Assembly: GCA_016235265.1 (NCBI GenBank)
Contig: JACRLI010000022.1
Coordinates: 9,257-73,256 of the forward strand
Length of the DNA stretch: 64,000 nt
Source of the DNA: Candidatus Eiseniibacteriota bacterium
GTDB taxonomy: Bacteria; Eisenbacteria; RBG-16-71-46; JACRLI01
Direction of reading: 5' to 3'
The notes under the pieces were generated by a model, which worked only from the letters and a program-made list of their open reading frames with translations, made no database searches and was not told the origin of the DNA. Below, in pieces: positions 1-11,444 of this stretch (its first letter is position 1; every line of letters begins with the position of its first letter). Made by a program: the position numbers and the translations under genes.

Positions 1-1
1 G

Positions 2-454
2 GAGTTCAAGATCGACCTGGACCGGGTGCGCGGGGCGGGCGGGGCGAAGGGCGCGCCCCTGAAGCTGGAGACATCCCCGCAGTGGGCCTCCTTCCAGGTG
101 TGCGTGAACTGCCACCAGGGCATCACCGACGCCTGGTCGCGCACGCCCCACGCGAAGGCCTACCAGACGCTGGTCAAGGAGGGCAACCAGGGCGAGCAGG
201 AATGCCTGAAGTGCCACGTGGTGGGGCTGGGCAGCCCCGGCGGCTTCAATCCCGCCCGGCCGGACCCGCTGTTCCAGGGTGTGCAGTGCGAGAGCTGCCA
301 CGGCGCGGGCGTGAAGCACTCGGTGGCCCGGGACTCGGAGCGCAAGTCCACCATCATCGGCCACCCCGACGAGCAGAGCTGCCGGCGCTGCCACACCGCC
401 GAGCGCAGCCCCAACTTCAACTTCGCGAAGTACTGGGAGAAGATCAGACACTGA
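2..454 (+). CDS. multiheme cytochrome c, 5'-truncated at the window edge
   Basis: Frame continues upstream of position 1. Four CxxCH heme-binding motifs (CVNCH, CLKCH, CESCH, CRRCH) lie within 142 aa. Its TGA stop (452-454) overlaps the gpmI ATG at 454. Confidence 0.75.
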   Translation, partial: EFKIDLDRVRGAGGAKGAPLKLETSPQWASFQVCVNCHQGITDAWSRTPHAKAYQTLVKEGNQGEQECLKCHVVGLGSPGGFNPARPDPLFQGVQCESCHGAGVKHSVARDSERKSTIIGHPDEQSCRRCHTAERSPNFNFAKYWEKIRH

Positions 455-1989
455 TGTCCCGACGCCGACCCGTCGCGCTGGTCATCATGGACGGCTGGGG
501 GCTCCGCGACGACCCCCGGATGAACGCCGTGGCCATCGCCCGCACCCCCAACTACGACCGGCTGCGGCGCGAGTTCCCGTGGACCTCGCTGATCACGTCC
601 GGCGAGGAGGTCGGCCTCCCGGCCGGCCAGATGGGCAACTCCGAGGTTGGCCACCTGAACCTGGGCGCGGGCCGCATCGTGTACCAGGACCTGGTGCGCG
701 TCTCCAGGTCGGTGGAGTCCGGCGAGTTCCTCCGTATCCCGGCGTTCGTGGACCTGGTGCGCGCGCTGAAGCAGCGCGGCGGCGCGCTGCACCTGATGGG
801 CCTGCTCTCCGACGGGGGCGTGCACAGCCACCAGCGGCACCTGTGGGCGCTGCTGGAGATGTGCCGGCAGCAGGGGCTGGACAGGGTCCACGTGCACGCA
901 TTCCTGGACGGGCGCGACACGCCGCCCCAGAGCGGCGCCGGCTTCATGTCCGAGCTGCAGGAGCGGATTCGCACCCTCGGCGTGGGCGACGTGGCCAGCG
1001 TCGGCGGCCGCTACTACGCCATGGACCGCGACAAGCGATGGGAACGCGTGCGACGCGCCTGGGACGTGGTGGTGGAGGGGAAGGGGCCGCTGCTGCCTGA
1101 CCCGGTGCAGGCCATCCGGGCTTCCTACGCCGCCGGCAGGACCGACGAATTCATGGAGCCGGTGGCGATCGGCGACGGCGCGCCGCGGGGCCCGCTGCGT
1201 CCCGGCGACGGGGTGATCTGCTTCAACTTCCGCGCCGACCGTGCGCGCGAGCTGTGTGCCGCGCTCGCCGATCCCGCCTTCGACGGCTTTCCGCGGCAGG
1301 TGCCGGGAATCGAGCTGGTGACCATGACCCGCTACCGCGAGGAATTCCCGTTCCCGGTGGCCTTCGACAACGTGCGCCTGACCCGGATCCTGGCCGAGGT
1401 GTTCGCCGCGAACGGGCTCACCAACCTGAGACTGGCGGAGACCGAGAAGTACGCCCACGTCACGTATTTCTTCAACGGCGGCGAGGAGACCCCCTTCGCG
1501 GGCGAGGAGCGCATCATGATCGCCTCGCCCCGGGTGGCCACCTACGACCTGCAGCCGGAGATGAGCGCCCCCGAGGTGACCCGCACCATGCTGGCCCAGG
1601 TCGCCTCGGGCAAGTTCGACGCGTTCGTGCTGAACTACGCCAATCCCGACATGGTGGGTCACACCGGCGTGCTGGAGGCGGCCGTCAAGGCCGTGGAGAC
1701 CGTGGACGCGGGCGTGGGCCAGGTGGTGGACGCCATCCTGGCGCGGGGTGGTGCCGTGATGGTCACCGCCGACCACGGCAATTGCGAGCAGATGTGGGAC
1801 GAGACCACCCACGGCCCGCACACCGCGCACTCCACCAATCCGGTGCCGTTCATCGTGGCCGAGGCGGAAGAGCGCCGGCCGCTGCGCTCCGGCGGCATCC
1901 TGGCCGACGTGGCGCCCACGTTCCTGGGCCTGCTGGGCCTGGAAGCCCCGCCCGAGATGACCGGCCGCGACCTTCGCGCCCGTGGCTAG
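454..1989 (+). CDS. gpmI: 2,3-bisphosphoglycerate-independent phosphoglycerate mutase
   Basis: Translation MSRRRPVALVIMDGWGL...GNSEVGHLNLGAG...TADHGN is a textbook iPGM over its full length (~511 aa). The ATG overlaps the cytochrome stop (TGATG). Confidence 0.93.
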   Translation: MSRRRPVALVIMDGWGLRDDPRMNAVAIARTPNYDRLRREFPWTSLITSGEEVGLPAGQMGNSEVGHLNLGAGRIVYQDLVRVSRSVESGEFLRIPAFVDLVRALKQRGGALHLMGLLSDGGVHSHQRHLWALLEMCRQQGLDRVHVHAFLDGRDTPPQSGAGFMSELQERIRTLGVGDVASVGGRYYAMDRDKRWERVRRAWDVVVEGKGPLLPDPVQAIRASYAAGRTDEFMEPVAIGDGAPRGPLRPGDGVICFNFRADRARELCAALADPAFDGFPRQVPGIELVTMTRYREEFPFPVAFDNVRLTRILAEVFAANGLTNLRLAETEKYAHVTYFFNGGEETPFAGEERIMIASPRVATYDLQPEMSAPEVTRTMLAQVASGKFDAFVLNYANPDMVGHTGVLEAAVKAVETVDAGVGQVVDAILARGGAVMVTADHGNCEQMWDETTHGPHTAHSTNPVPFIVAEAEERRPLRSGGILADVAPTFLGLLGLEAPPEMTGRDLRARG

Positions 1990-3733
1990 CGCGCCGAAGC
2001 GCCCCGCGCGGGCGCGGAAGAGGGGCACTCCTGCGGGGCCCGTCGCGGCCGCCGGAACGAGGAAGAACCCCGCGGCGAAACCGGCGCACCAGCCTGCAAC
2101 CGCCCCGCATCCCGGCAGTGAGGCCTCCAGCCTGCTGATCGCCCATCGCTGGGAACGGGGAGCCGACCCCGCGCCGGTGCTCTCGCCCTGGACCGGGCTG
2201 CCGGTGGCCATGGTCGGGCAGGCCGGGCCGCGGGAGATGGAGCGCGCGCTGGAAGCGGCGAGCCTGGCGGAGCCGGCGCTGGCCGCGTGGCCGCGCCACG
2301 CGCGCGCGGCGGTGCTGGCCGAGGTGGCCCGCCTGCTGCGCCGCGACGGCGAACTGCTGGCCGGGATGATCGTGCGCGAGGCCGGCAAGCCGCTGCGCTT
2401 CGCCCGCCTGGAGGTGGATCGCGCGGTGCGCACCTTCGCGTGGGCCGCCGTGGAGGCCCTGCAGCCGCTCGGCGAGGCGCACGCGATGGACGTGGAGCCC
2501 GGCGGCGAGGACTACCTGGCGCGGACCGAGCGGTTCCCCGTGGGGGTGGTGGCGGCCATCACCCCGTTCAACTTCCCGCTCAACCTGGTGGCGCACAAGG
2601 TGGCGCCGGCGGTGGCGGCCGGCAATCCGGTGATCGTGAAGCCGCCGCCGCAGGCGCCGTCCGCCGCGCTGCACCTGGGCCGGCTCGTGGTCGAAGCCGG
2701 CGCGCCGCCCGCCTCGATCCAGGTGCTGCCGTGCGGCGCGGACGTGGCCCAGGCGCTGGCCACGGACCCGCGCGTGAAGCTCTTGTCCTTCACCGGCAGC
2801 GACGCGGTGGGCTGGAAGCTGCGCGCCCTGGCTTCCGGCAGGCGCTGCGTGCTGGAGCTGGGCGGGGACGCGGCCGCGGTGGTGCACGGGGATGCCGACC
2901 TGGAATGGGCCGCCGTGCGGCTGGCCCTGGGCGCGTTCCTGTATGCCGGGCAGGTGTGCATCTCGGTGCAGCGGGTGCTGGTGGAGCGCGGCGCGCTGCG
3001 CCGCTTCGCGCGGCTGTTCGCACACGCCGCGGAGGACCTCGCCGTGGGCGACCCGGCCGATCCCGCCACGGTGGTGGGCCCGATGATCGACGCCGCAGCC
3101 CAGGACCGGGTGCGGTCCTGGACCGCGGAGGCGGTGCGCGGCGGCGCGAAGACGCTGCTGGCGGCCGAGCGTCGCGGCCCGGTGCTCACGCCGTGCATCC
3201 TGGAGGACGCCCCGGGCGACAGCCGCCTGGCGCGTGAGGAAGTCTTCGGCCCGGTGGCGCTGGTGGAGGGCTACGACGATTTCGAGGCGGCCCTCGACCG
3301 GGTGAACCACTCGCGCTACGGGTTGCAGGCCGCGGTGTTCACCTCCGATCCGGGCCGGGCGGAGCGGGCCTTCCGCAGGCTGGAGGTGGGTGCGGTGGTG
3401 GTGAACGACTATCCCACCCTGCGCTTCGACCACCTGCCCTATGGCGGCGTGAAGGCCTCCGGGCAGGGCCGGGAAGGGGTGCGCGCCGCGATGCGCGAGA
3501 TGACCGAGCCGCGCCTGCTGCTGCAGCGGGTCCCGGGCATCTCCGCGCCGGGCCGGCCCGCGGTGGCCGCAGAGCCGCCCGGCGCCGCCCCGCGGGCCAT
3601 CGGGATCGGACCCCGGGAGGGCGACGAGGAGCACCGTTCCGGCGTCGCCGCGCCGGCCGCGGCCGGGTCCCCGGCGGGGGGAGCCCGGCCCGGGAAGCGC
3701 CGTCGCCGCCGGGGGGGACGCAGCCACCGGTAG
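1982..3733 (+). CDS. aldehyde dehydrogenase family protein; start uncertain
   Basis: ALDH core with catalytic Cys in GQVCISVQR and Glu in ELGGDA, plus an NAD-binding GxxxxG region. The N-terminal ~60 aa and C-terminal ~60 aa are low-complexity Pro/Ala/Arg-rich, so the true start may lie downstream of 1982. Confidence 0.8.
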   Translation: MASAPKRPARARKRGTPAGPVAAAGTRKNPAAKPAHQPATAPHPGSEASSLLIAHRWERGADPAPVLSPWTGLPVAMVGQAGPREMERALEAASLAEPALAAWPRHARAAVLAEVARLLRRDGELLAGMIVREAGKPLRFARLEVDRAVRTFAWAAVEALQPLGEAHAMDVEPGGEDYLARTERFPVGVVAAITPFNFPLNLVAHKVAPAVAAGNPVIVKPPPQAPSAALHLGRLVVEAGAPPASIQVLPCGADVAQALATDPRVKLLSFTGSDAVGWKLRALASGRRCVLELGGDAAAVVHGDADLEWAAVRLALGAFLYAGQVCISVQRVLVERGALRRFARLFAHAAEDLAVGDPADPATVVGPMIDAAAQDRVRSWTAEAVRGGAKTLLAAERRGPVLTPCILEDAPGDSRLAREEVFGPVALVEGYDDFEAALDRVNHSRYGLQAAVFTSDPGRAERAFRRLEVGAVVVNDYPTLRFDHLPYGGVKASGQGREGVRAAMREMTEPRLLLQRVPGISAPGRPAVAAEPPGAAPRAIGIGPREGDEEHRSGVAAPAAAGSPAGGARPGKRRRRRGGRSHR

Positions 3734-3852
3734 CGCGGGGAGCGCCCGGAAGCCCCGCGAATTCGGCTCAAGATTCGGCGGCCGGCCGCCGAAAACGTCC
3801 TTCGGGCGCGTCCCGTCCTGCCCGGGAACCGCAGACCCTCCTGGAGACCACC

Positions 3853-4782
3853 TTGCGCATCCTCGTCACCGGCGGCGCCGGATTCATCGCCTCGCACGTC
3901 GCCGACCGCTACGTGGCCCTGGGCCACGAAGTGGCGGTGCTGGACAACCTGAGCACCGGCTTCCTGCCCAACGTGCCGCCGCAGGCCCGTTTCTACGAGG
4001 CCGACCTGCGCGATGCCGACGCCGTGGCCCGGGTGTTCCAGGACTTCCGGCCCCAGGTGGTGAATCACCACGCCGCCCAGATTGACGTGCGGGTGTCGGT
4101 GGACGACCCGGCTGGCGACGCCCTGATCAACGTGGTGGGCAGCTGCCGCCTGCTGACGCTATGCCGCAAGCACGGCGTGGAACGCTTCGTGTACATCTCC
4201 AGCGGCGGGGCGATCTATGGCGAGCCCCGCTACCTGCCGGTGGACGAGGAGCACCCGGTCAGCCCCGAGGCGCCCTACGGCATCACCAAGCACACCGTGG
4301 AGCACTATCTCGAGATCGAGCGGCGGCTGTTCGGGCTGAAGACGGTGGTGCTGCGCTACCCCAACATCTACGGCCCGCGCCAGAACCCCAGAGGCGAGGC
4401 GGGGGTGAACGCGATCTTCATCGGGATGATGCTCGAGGGCCGCGTCCCGGTGATCTACGGCGACGGCAACGCCGAGCGCGACTACCTGTACGTGCTGGAC
4501 GCGGTGGAGGCCAACCATCTGGCGCTGTCGCGCGGGGAAGGCCAGGCATTCAACCTGGGGTGGGGAGAGGGCATTTCGGTGAACCGCCTGTATGGCCTGC
4601 TGCAGGAACTGGTGCCGTTCCCGCAGCCGGTGCGCTACTCCGAGGCGCGGCCCGGCGAAGTGAGCCGCATCTACCTGTCCGCCGCGAAGGCCCGGGCCGG
4701 GCTGGGATGGGAGCCCCGGGTGGACTTCCGGCAGGGGCTGCGGAACACCATCGAGTTCGTGCGCTCCGGGGCCGCGCGCTAG
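3853..4782 (+). CDS. NAD-dependent epimerase/dehydratase (extended SDR, GalE/WcaG-like)
   Basis: N-terminal GGAGFIASH Rossmann motif and a YGITK catalytic YxxxK. Length is 309 aa, with a TTG start. Confidence 0.85.
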   Translation: MRILVTGGAGFIASHVADRYVALGHEVAVLDNLSTGFLPNVPPQARFYEADLRDADAVARVFQDFRPQVVNHHAAQIDVRVSVDDPAGDALINVVGSCRLLTLCRKHGVERFVYISSGGAIYGEPRYLPVDEEHPVSPEAPYGITKHTVEHYLEIERRLFGLKTVVLRYPNIYGPRQNPRGEAGVNAIFIGMMLEGRVPVIYGDGNAERDYLYVLDAVEANHLALSRGEGQAFNLGWGEGISVNRLYGLLQELVPFPQPVRYSEARPGEVSRIYLSAAKARAGLGWEPRVDFRQGLRNTIEFVRSGAAR

Positions 4783-5175
4783 GGCCGCGGCGGGGGGCGA
4801 GGTCCGGCGCGGGGAATCGCGGGAGGGGCCCGGCGCATCAAAAAATGGCGGTTGACACCGGCAGCGGCCGCCCGTAGGCTCTTTCCAGTGCCGTGGCCAT
4901 GGGGCTCCCCGCCCGGCGCTTCCGCAAGCCTCGTCCAAATCCCATCGGGTTCAATCCCTGTTCGTAACGCGAGTTCTTTCAAAGCCCCCGAACCTTGGAC
5001 GAATGCCGCCGCGGGCCCAACCCTCGGCCCGGAGCCCGCAGAGTTCGACCCCTGGAGACCCCGTTTTCGGACAAACCGTTACGACCCACACACCCACCCT
5101 CGATCAACGAGCCGCCCAGGCGGCCCCGGTCCCGGCCCCACCCGTTTTGCCGGCCCCGGCGAAGGAGCCCAAGGA
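4783..5175 (+). promoter_or_regulatory. long (~390 nt) untranslated leader upstream of rho
   Basis: There is no credible ORF in this stretch. Rho genes commonly carry long autoregulatory leaders. Confidence 0.4.
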
Positions 5176-6423
<1,248 letters not shown>

Positions 6424-6450
6424 TCCGGGCGGTCCCCCCTGGGGCCGAAG

Positions 6451-6479
6451 TTGGCCCGGGAGCCCGCATGCTGTAGAAT
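6451..6479 (+). promoter_or_regulatory. sigma-70-like promoter TTGGCC-17-TAGAAT upstream of rpmE
   Basis: TTGGCC at 6451-6456, a 17-nt spacer, then TAGAAT at 6474-6479 in an AT-richer pocket between rho and rpmE. Confidence 0.45.
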
Positions 6480-6611
6480 CGTGCAGTCCACCGGGGGCGC
6501 GAATGCCCCCACGAGAAGACCCGTCCACGGGGGCACGGCGGCCGGAATGTCGAACCGGATCGTGCCTGCGGGGCCCCTGGGCCCGGGCGGCAACACGGAA
6601 AGACCAGGACC

Positions 6612-6833
6612 ATGAAGGCAGGCATTCACCCCGACTACAAGACCAGCAAGATCCTCTGCGCGTGCGGAAATGTCATCGAGACCCGCTCCACCATGGGCAG
6701 CCACCACGTGGAAATCTGCTCCAACTGCCACCCGTTCTACACGGGCAAGCAAAAGCTGATGGACACCGCCGGCCGCGTGGAGCGCTTCCGCCGCAAGTAC
6801 GCCAAGAAGGACGAGGCTCCGGCCTCCTCGTAG
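6612..6833 (+). CDS. rpmE: 50S ribosomal protein L31
   Basis: MKAGIHPDY...[13 protein letters not shown]...[10 protein letters not shown], 73 aa; classic L31. Confidence 0.95.
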   Translation: MKAGIHPDYKTSKILCACGNVIETRSTMGSHHVEICSNCHPFYTGKQKLMDTAGRVERFRRKYAKKDEAPASS

Positions 6834-6987
6834 CGACGAAGATCCAGGGCGTGCGGGGGGCCGGTTCCGGCGCCCCGCACGCCGTTTGTTTGGCCCCCGG
6901 GCGGGCCGGCCGCGGGCTTCGCGGCGGCAGCGCGGGGTGACCGGCGGAGATTTCCGGGCCGTGGCCGCGCGGCCCCCGGAGGATTCC

Positions 6988-7929
6988 TTGGGACGATTTT
7001 TGCCCGTGGGCGGGCAGGCGGTGATCGAGGGCGTGATGATGCGCTCCCCGGGCCGCGTGGCCACCGCGGTGCGCCGCCAGGACGGCGCGATCGTGTGGCA
7101 GGAGAAGCCGTTCATCTCCGTGACCCGCAAGGTCAAGCCGCTGGGCTGGCCGGTGGTGCGCGGCGCGGTGGTGCTCATCGAGGCCATGTCGCTGGGAATC
7201 TCCTCGCTGTCCTATGCGGCCGACGAGGCCGCGCGCGAGCCGGGCGAGGCCGCCCCCGCGCCGGGAGAGAAGAAGACCTCGTGGTTCTCGGCGCTGGTGC
7301 TGCCGCTCACCGTGGCCGCCTCGCTGGTGCTGGGCTTCCTGGCCTTCTTCGCGCTGCCGCTGTGGCTCACCGGTCTGTTCCACCTGCGGAGCAGCCTGGG
7401 GTTCAACCTGGTGGACGGCGTGTTCCGGCTGGCGATCTTCCTGCTCTACCTCTGGGGCATCGGCCGCTGGAGCGAGATGCAGCGCGTGTTCGAGTACCAC
7501 GGCGCGGAGCACAAGACCATCCACGCGCTGGAGGCGGGCGTGGAGCTCACCCCGGAGAACGTGCAGCAGTTCAGCCGTTTCCACCCCCGTTGCGGCACCA
7601 GCTTCCTGCTCATCGTGATGCTGCTGAGCATCGTGGTGTTCTCGCTGCTGGGCAAGCCGGAGAACTGGCTGCAGCGCGTGGAGCGCTTCCTGTTCATCCC
7701 GGTGATCGCGGGTGTGGGGTTCGAATTCGTGCGGCTCTCGGCGAAGTACAGCTCGCTGCGGCCCGTGGCGTGGCTGATCCAGCCCGGCCTGGACCTCCAG
7801 AAGCTCACCACCCGCGAGCCTTCGATGGATCAGCTCGAGGTGGCCATCACCGCGCTCAAGGCGGTGTGGAACGAAGAGACCGCGGCCATGGCGCCCGACG
7901 CGGCGCTGGCTGCGGCCTGCGAGGGGTGA
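6988..7929 (+). CDS. DUF1385 family protein (YqhQ-like membrane protein)
   Basis: [13 protein letters not shown]-terminal signature, several TM helices, and the HGAEHK motif. The start could be TTG 6988, TTG 7000 or GTG 7006; the ORF is open back to 6886. Confidence 0.8.
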   Translation: MGRFLPVGGQAVIEGVMMRSPGRVATAVRRQDGAIVWQEKPFISVTRKVKPLGWPVVRGAVVLIEAMSLGISSLSYAADEAAREPGEAAPAPGEKKTSWFSALVLPLTVAASLVLGFLAFFALPLWLTGLFHLRSSLGFNLVDGVFRLAIFLLYLWGIGRWSEMQRVFEYHGAEHKTIHALEAGVELTPENVQQFSRFHPRCGTSFLLIVMLLSIVVFSLLGKPENWLQRVERFLFIPVIAGVGFEFVRLSAKYSSLRPVAWLIQPGLDLQKLTTREPSMDQLEVAITALKAVWNEETAAMAPDAALAAACEG

Positions 7930-7936
7930 GGGGGAC

Positions 7937-9055
7937 GTGGCCGAAGAATCCGGGATGAGGCGGGCCCTCGAGCAGGCGGTGCGGCGCCACCGGGAGCTTT
8001 CGGAGCGGCTGGTGGATCCGGCGGTGCTGGCCGACCACCGTGAGACGCAGAAGGTGGCCAAGGAGCGCTCCGATCTGGAGGACGCGGTGGCCTGCTTCGA
8101 CGACCTGGTGCGCCTGGAGCGCTCGATCGCCGACGACGAGGCCGTTTCCCGCAGCGACGATGCCGAGCTGGCCGAGATGGCCCGGGCCGAGCTGCCCGGG
8201 CTGCGTGACGAGCTCGCGCGGCTGGAGGCGCGGGCCCGCGAGATCCTCCTGCCCAAGGATCCCAACGACAGCCGCAACGTGATCGTGGAGATCCGCGCCG
8301 GCACCGGCGGGGACGAGGCCGCCCTGTTCGCCGCCGAGCTCTACCGCATGTACACCAAGTACGCGGAGAAGCTGGGTTACGGAATCGAGGTGCTGAACAC
8401 CAGCGGCGCCTCCGGCATCGGCGGTCTCAAGGAGGCCATCTTCCAGGTCAACGGCAGGGACGCCTACAGCAGGCTCAAGTTCGAGAGCGGCGTGCACCGG
8501 GTGCAGCGGGTGCCGGTCACCGAGGCGTCGGGGCGCATCCACACTTCGGCGGTCACGGTGGCGGTGCTGCCCGAGGCCGAGGACGTGGATGTCGAGATCC
8601 GCCAGGAGGACCTCGAGATCGACGTGTACCGCGCCGGCGGGCCCGGCGGCCAGGGCGTGAACACCACCGACTCGGCGGTGCGCGTGACGCACCTGCCCAC
8701 CGGGCTGGTGGTCACCTGCCAGGACCAGCGCTCCCAGATCAAGAACCGCGCCAAGGCCATCAAGGTGCTCAAGTCCCGCCTGCTGGACCGCATGCAGCGC
8801 GAGCAGGAGGAGAAGCAGGCCAAGGAACGCCGCTCGCAGGTGTCCACCGGCGATCGCAGCGCCAAGATCCGCACCTACAATTTCCCGCAGGGCCGCGTGA
8901 CCGACCACCGCATCGGCCTGACCGTCTACCGCCTGCAAGGCGTGCTGGAGGGGGAATTGGAGGAATTCACGGAGGGGCTGCGCGCTGCCGACGTGCAGGC
9001 CCGCATGGAAGGGCGCTCGCTGGCGGACGCGAAGGCGGCGGCGGAGGAGGACTGA
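7937..9055 (+). CDS. prfA: peptide chain release factor 1
   Basis: GGQ motif ([25 protein letters not shown]) and PxT-region homology over 372 aa. Confidence 0.95.
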   Translation: MAEESGMRRALEQAVRRHRELSERLVDPAVLADHRETQKVAKERSDLEDAVACFDDLVRLERSIADDEAVSRSDDAELAEMARAELPGLRDELARLEARAREILLPKDPNDSRNVIVEIRAGTGGDEAALFAAELYRMYTKYAEKLGYGIEVLNTSGASGIGGLKEAIFQVNGRDAYSRLKFESGVHRVQRVPVTEASGRIHTSAVTVAVLPEAEDVDVEIRQEDLEIDVYRAGGPGGQGVNTTDSAVRVTHLPTGLVVTCQDQRSQIKNRAKAIKVLKSRLLDRMQREQEEKQAKERRSQVSTGDRSAKIRTYNFPQGRVTDHRIGLTVYRLQGVLEGELEEFTEGLRAADVQARMEGRSLADAKAAAEED

Positions 9056-9087
9056 TCGTTCCCCGCGAGGCGCCGCGGGCCGCACGG

Positions 9088-9147
9088 GCAGGCAACAGGA
9101 GAGGGGTGGAGCCGGGTATGCGGCTCCACCCCTCTCCTGTTGCCTGC
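9088..9147. terminator. perfect 27-bp stem / 6-nt loop hairpin between prfA and prmC
   Basis: GCAGGCAACAGGAGAGGGGTGGAGCCG (9088-9114), loop GGTATG, then the exact reverse complement (9121-9147). No U-tract follows. Confidence 0.6.
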
Positions 9148-9211
9148 GCGCGGGGGCGCTCCTGCGGGGCGCTTCTTTGCGTTCCCCCGGCCGCGTGGTA
9201 GTTTCCAGCCG

Positions 9212-10060
9212 ATGAAAGCGGTCCTGCGCGAGCTCCAATCCCTGATGGGTCCCGTCGGGCCGCACGAAGCCGAGGATCTCCTGGCGCACGTGCTGGGAGT
9301 GCGGCGGGCGGAGTTGTTCACGGGGGCCGGAAGCCCGGATCCCGAACAGTGGGAGCGCGCCCGCGCGCTCGCTGCCCGCCGCGCGGCGGGCGAGCCGCTG
9401 CAGGACCTCATCGGCTGGGTGCCGTTCCTGGACGCGCGCGTGCGCGTGGGGCCTGGAGTGCTGGTGCCGCGGCCGGAGACGGAATTGCTCACCTCCACGG
9501 CGCTGGAACTGTGGGCGGAACTGGGCATCCCGGAACCGCGCCACGCGCTGGACGTGGGCACCGGGTCGGGTTGCATCGCCGCCGCGGTGGCGCTGGCCGA
9601 CCCGCGGGCGCGGGTCACGGCCACCGACATCTCCGGCGAGGCGCTGGCGTGGGCGGCGCGCACCGTGTACGAGAACGGCCTCGCCGGCCGCGTGCGGTTG
9701 TTGAAGGGGGACTTGTTCGAGCCGCTGCAGGCGGCCGGCTGCCGGGACGGGTTCGCCTCGCTGGTGATCTCGAACCCGCCCTACGTGGCCGACGGGGAGC
9801 GGGAGGCCCTCCCGGTGGAGGTGCGCGGGCACGAACCCGCGGGGGCGCTGTTCTCCGGCCCCGAGGGCCTGGACCACATCTCCCGGATCATCGCCGGGAT
9901 CCCGCGCTGGCTGGCCGCCCCCGGTCTGCTGGCGGTCGAGATCGGATGGAAGCAGGAGGCCGCCGCGCTCTCGCTGGCCCGCTCCCGCGGCGTGTTCGCT
10001 CGCGCGGAGGTGCGGCCCGACCTGGCCGGCCGTCCACGGATGCTGTTCGGCTGGCGGTAG
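9212..10060 (+). CDS. prmC: release factor glutamine N5-methyltransferase PrmC/HemK
   Basis: MKAVLRELQ... start, the NPPY motif (VISNPPYV), and a SAM-binding DVGTGSG. The upstream extension to 9140 overlaps the hairpin and is rejected. Confidence 0.9.
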   Translation: MKAVLRELQSLMGPVGPHEAEDLLAHVLGVRRAELFTGAGSPDPEQWERARALAARRAAGEPLQDLIGWVPFLDARVRVGPGVLVPRPETELLTSTALELWAELGIPEPRHALDVGTGSGCIAAAVALADPRARVTATDISGEALAWAARTVYENGLAGRVRLLKGDLFEPLQAAGCRDGFASLVISNPPYVADGEREALPVEVRGHEPAGALFSGPEGLDHISRIIAGIPRWLAAPGLLAVEIGWKQEAAALSLARSRGVFARAEVRPDLAGRPRMLFGWR

Positions 10061-10131
10061 GCCCGCCCCGGCGCACGCCCGGGGCAATGGAATCCCGGTC
10101 CCGGCCGGGTACGTGGAAGGGAAGGGGAGAC

Positions 10132-11394
10132 ATGGACCGTTTCGTGATCGAGGGCGGTCATCCGCTCAGGGGCGCGATCCGCGTGAGCGGCGCGAAAAAC
10201 GCGGTGCTGCCGGTGCTCACCGCCTCGCTGCTGGTGGAAGGCCCGGTGGAGGTGCACAACGTCCCGGACCTCAAGGACGTCCACACCACCTGCGAGCTGC
10301 TGCGCACACTGGGGGCAAAGGCCGAATTCCGCTCCGGCAGCGTGACGGTGGACGCCACCACCATCACGTCCACCACCGCGCCCTACGAGCTGGTGAAGAC
10401 CATGCGCGCATCCATCTACGTGCTGGGGCCGCTGCTGGCGCGCTTCGGCACGGCGCGGGTGTCCATGCCCGGCGGGTGCGCGTGGGGCCCGCGCCCGGTG
10501 GACCTGCACCTGAAGGCCATGGAGGCGCTGGGGGCCGCGGTGACCGTGGAGCACGGCTATATCGAGGCCTCCGCCGCCAGGCTCAAGGGCTGCGGCTTCT
10601 TCTTCGAATTCCCGAGCGTGGGCGCCACCGGCAACCTCATGATGGCCGCGGCGCTGGCGGACGGGAAGACCGTGATCGAGAACGCCGCCCGCGAGCCGGA
10701 CATCGAATGCCTGGGGGACTTCCTGGCCGCGTGCGGGGTGCCGATCCGGGGACAGGGCACCTCGCGGATCGAGATCGAGGGCGTGAAGCGGCTGAAGCCC
10801 GCCTCCTTCGCGGTGATCCCGGACCGCATCGAAGCGGCCACCTTCCTGGCCGCCGGCGCGGTCACCGGCAGCACCCTGCGCATCGAGGGCGCCCGGCCCG
10901 AGCACATGAGGGCGGCCATCAGCAAGATGGAGGAGACCGGCGCGAACGTGATGTGCGAGGGCTCCGAGATCGTCATCTCCAGCCCGCACCGCCTCTCCGC
11001 GGTGCGCGTCACCACCGCGCCCTACCCCGGGTTCCCCACCGACATGCAGGCGCAGATGATCGCGGTGCTCTCGCTCGCGAGCGGGCAGAGCGTGGTGACC
11101 GACACCATTTACCACGACCGCTGGGGCCACGTACCGGAGCTGCAGCGCCTCGGCGCGGACGTGCGCGTGGAAGGCAACGTGGCCGTGGTGAACGGCTCGC
11201 GCCGCCTCACCGGCGCGCAGGTGATGGCCACCGACCTGCGAGCCTCCGCCGCCCTGGTCCTGGCCGGACTGGCCGCCGACGGCGAGACCACCGTCTCGCG
11301 CGTGTACCACCTGGACCGCGGCTACGAGCAGCTGGAGAAGAAGCTCTCCGCGGTGGGTGCCGTGATCCGGCGCGAGCAGGGCCCCGGCGAGTGA
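10132..11394 (+). CDS. murA: UDP-N-acetylglucosamine 1-carboxyvinyltransferase
   Basis: [27 protein letters not shown]... is a full-length MurA (~420 aa). GGAAGGGAAGGGGAGA RBS upstream. Confidence 0.95.
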   Translation: MDRFVIEGGHPLRGAIRVSGAKNAVLPVLTASLLVEGPVEVHNVPDLKDVHTTCELLRTLGAKAEFRSGSVTVDATTITSTTAPYELVKTMRASIYVLGPLLARFGTARVSMPGGCAWGPRPVDLHLKAMEALGAAVTVEHGYIEASAARLKGCGFFFEFPSVGATGNLMMAAALADGKTVIENAAREPDIECLGDFLAACGVPIRGQGTSRIEIEGVKRLKPASFAVIPDRIEAATFLAAGAVTGSTLRIEGARPEHMRAAISKMEETGANVMCEGSEIVISSPHRLSAVRVTTAPYPGFPTDMQAQMIAVLSLASGQSVVTDTIYHDRWGHVPELQRLGADVRVEGNVAVVNGSRRLTGAQVMATDLRASAALVLAGLAADGETTVSRVYHLDRGYEQLEKKLSAVGAVIRREQGPGE

Positions 11395-11444
11395 CAGGCA
11401 GGAGGACGACCGTCCGCAGCGAGCGCGGGCAGGAGCGCGCCTCC

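Noticed and set aside
1982-2200. Treating the ALDH N-terminal 60-70 aa as a functional domain
   Set aside because: Low-complexity Ala/Pro/Arg-rich sequence created by a GTG start overlapping gpmI. It is likely an over-extension, and the true start is probably internal.
160-2433. 757-aa minus-strand ORF antisense to gpmI. Similar long antisense or overlapping ORFs include 1850-3727(-), 5104-6528(-), 6673-8304(-), 7856-10087(-), 9781-11310(-), 11322-13355(-), 13711-16017(+), 17186-19543(+), 23491-26349(-), 52340-56965(-) and 58696-61647(-).
   Set aside because: Their translations are Arg/Ala/Gly/Pro-rich low-complexity products typical of non-coding frames in 70% GC DNA. Each lies opposite a gene with clear homology and proper codon bias.
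4852-5175. Upstream in-frame extension of rho (523-aa ORF starting 4852)
   Set aside because: The extension is Pro/Arg-rich with no Rho homology. The canonical [15 protein letters not shown] start at 5176 has a good AAGGAG RBS.
9140-9211. Upstream extension of prmC to 9140
   Set aside because: It would place the start inside the 27-bp hairpin. MKAVLRELQ at 9212 matches HemK N-termini.
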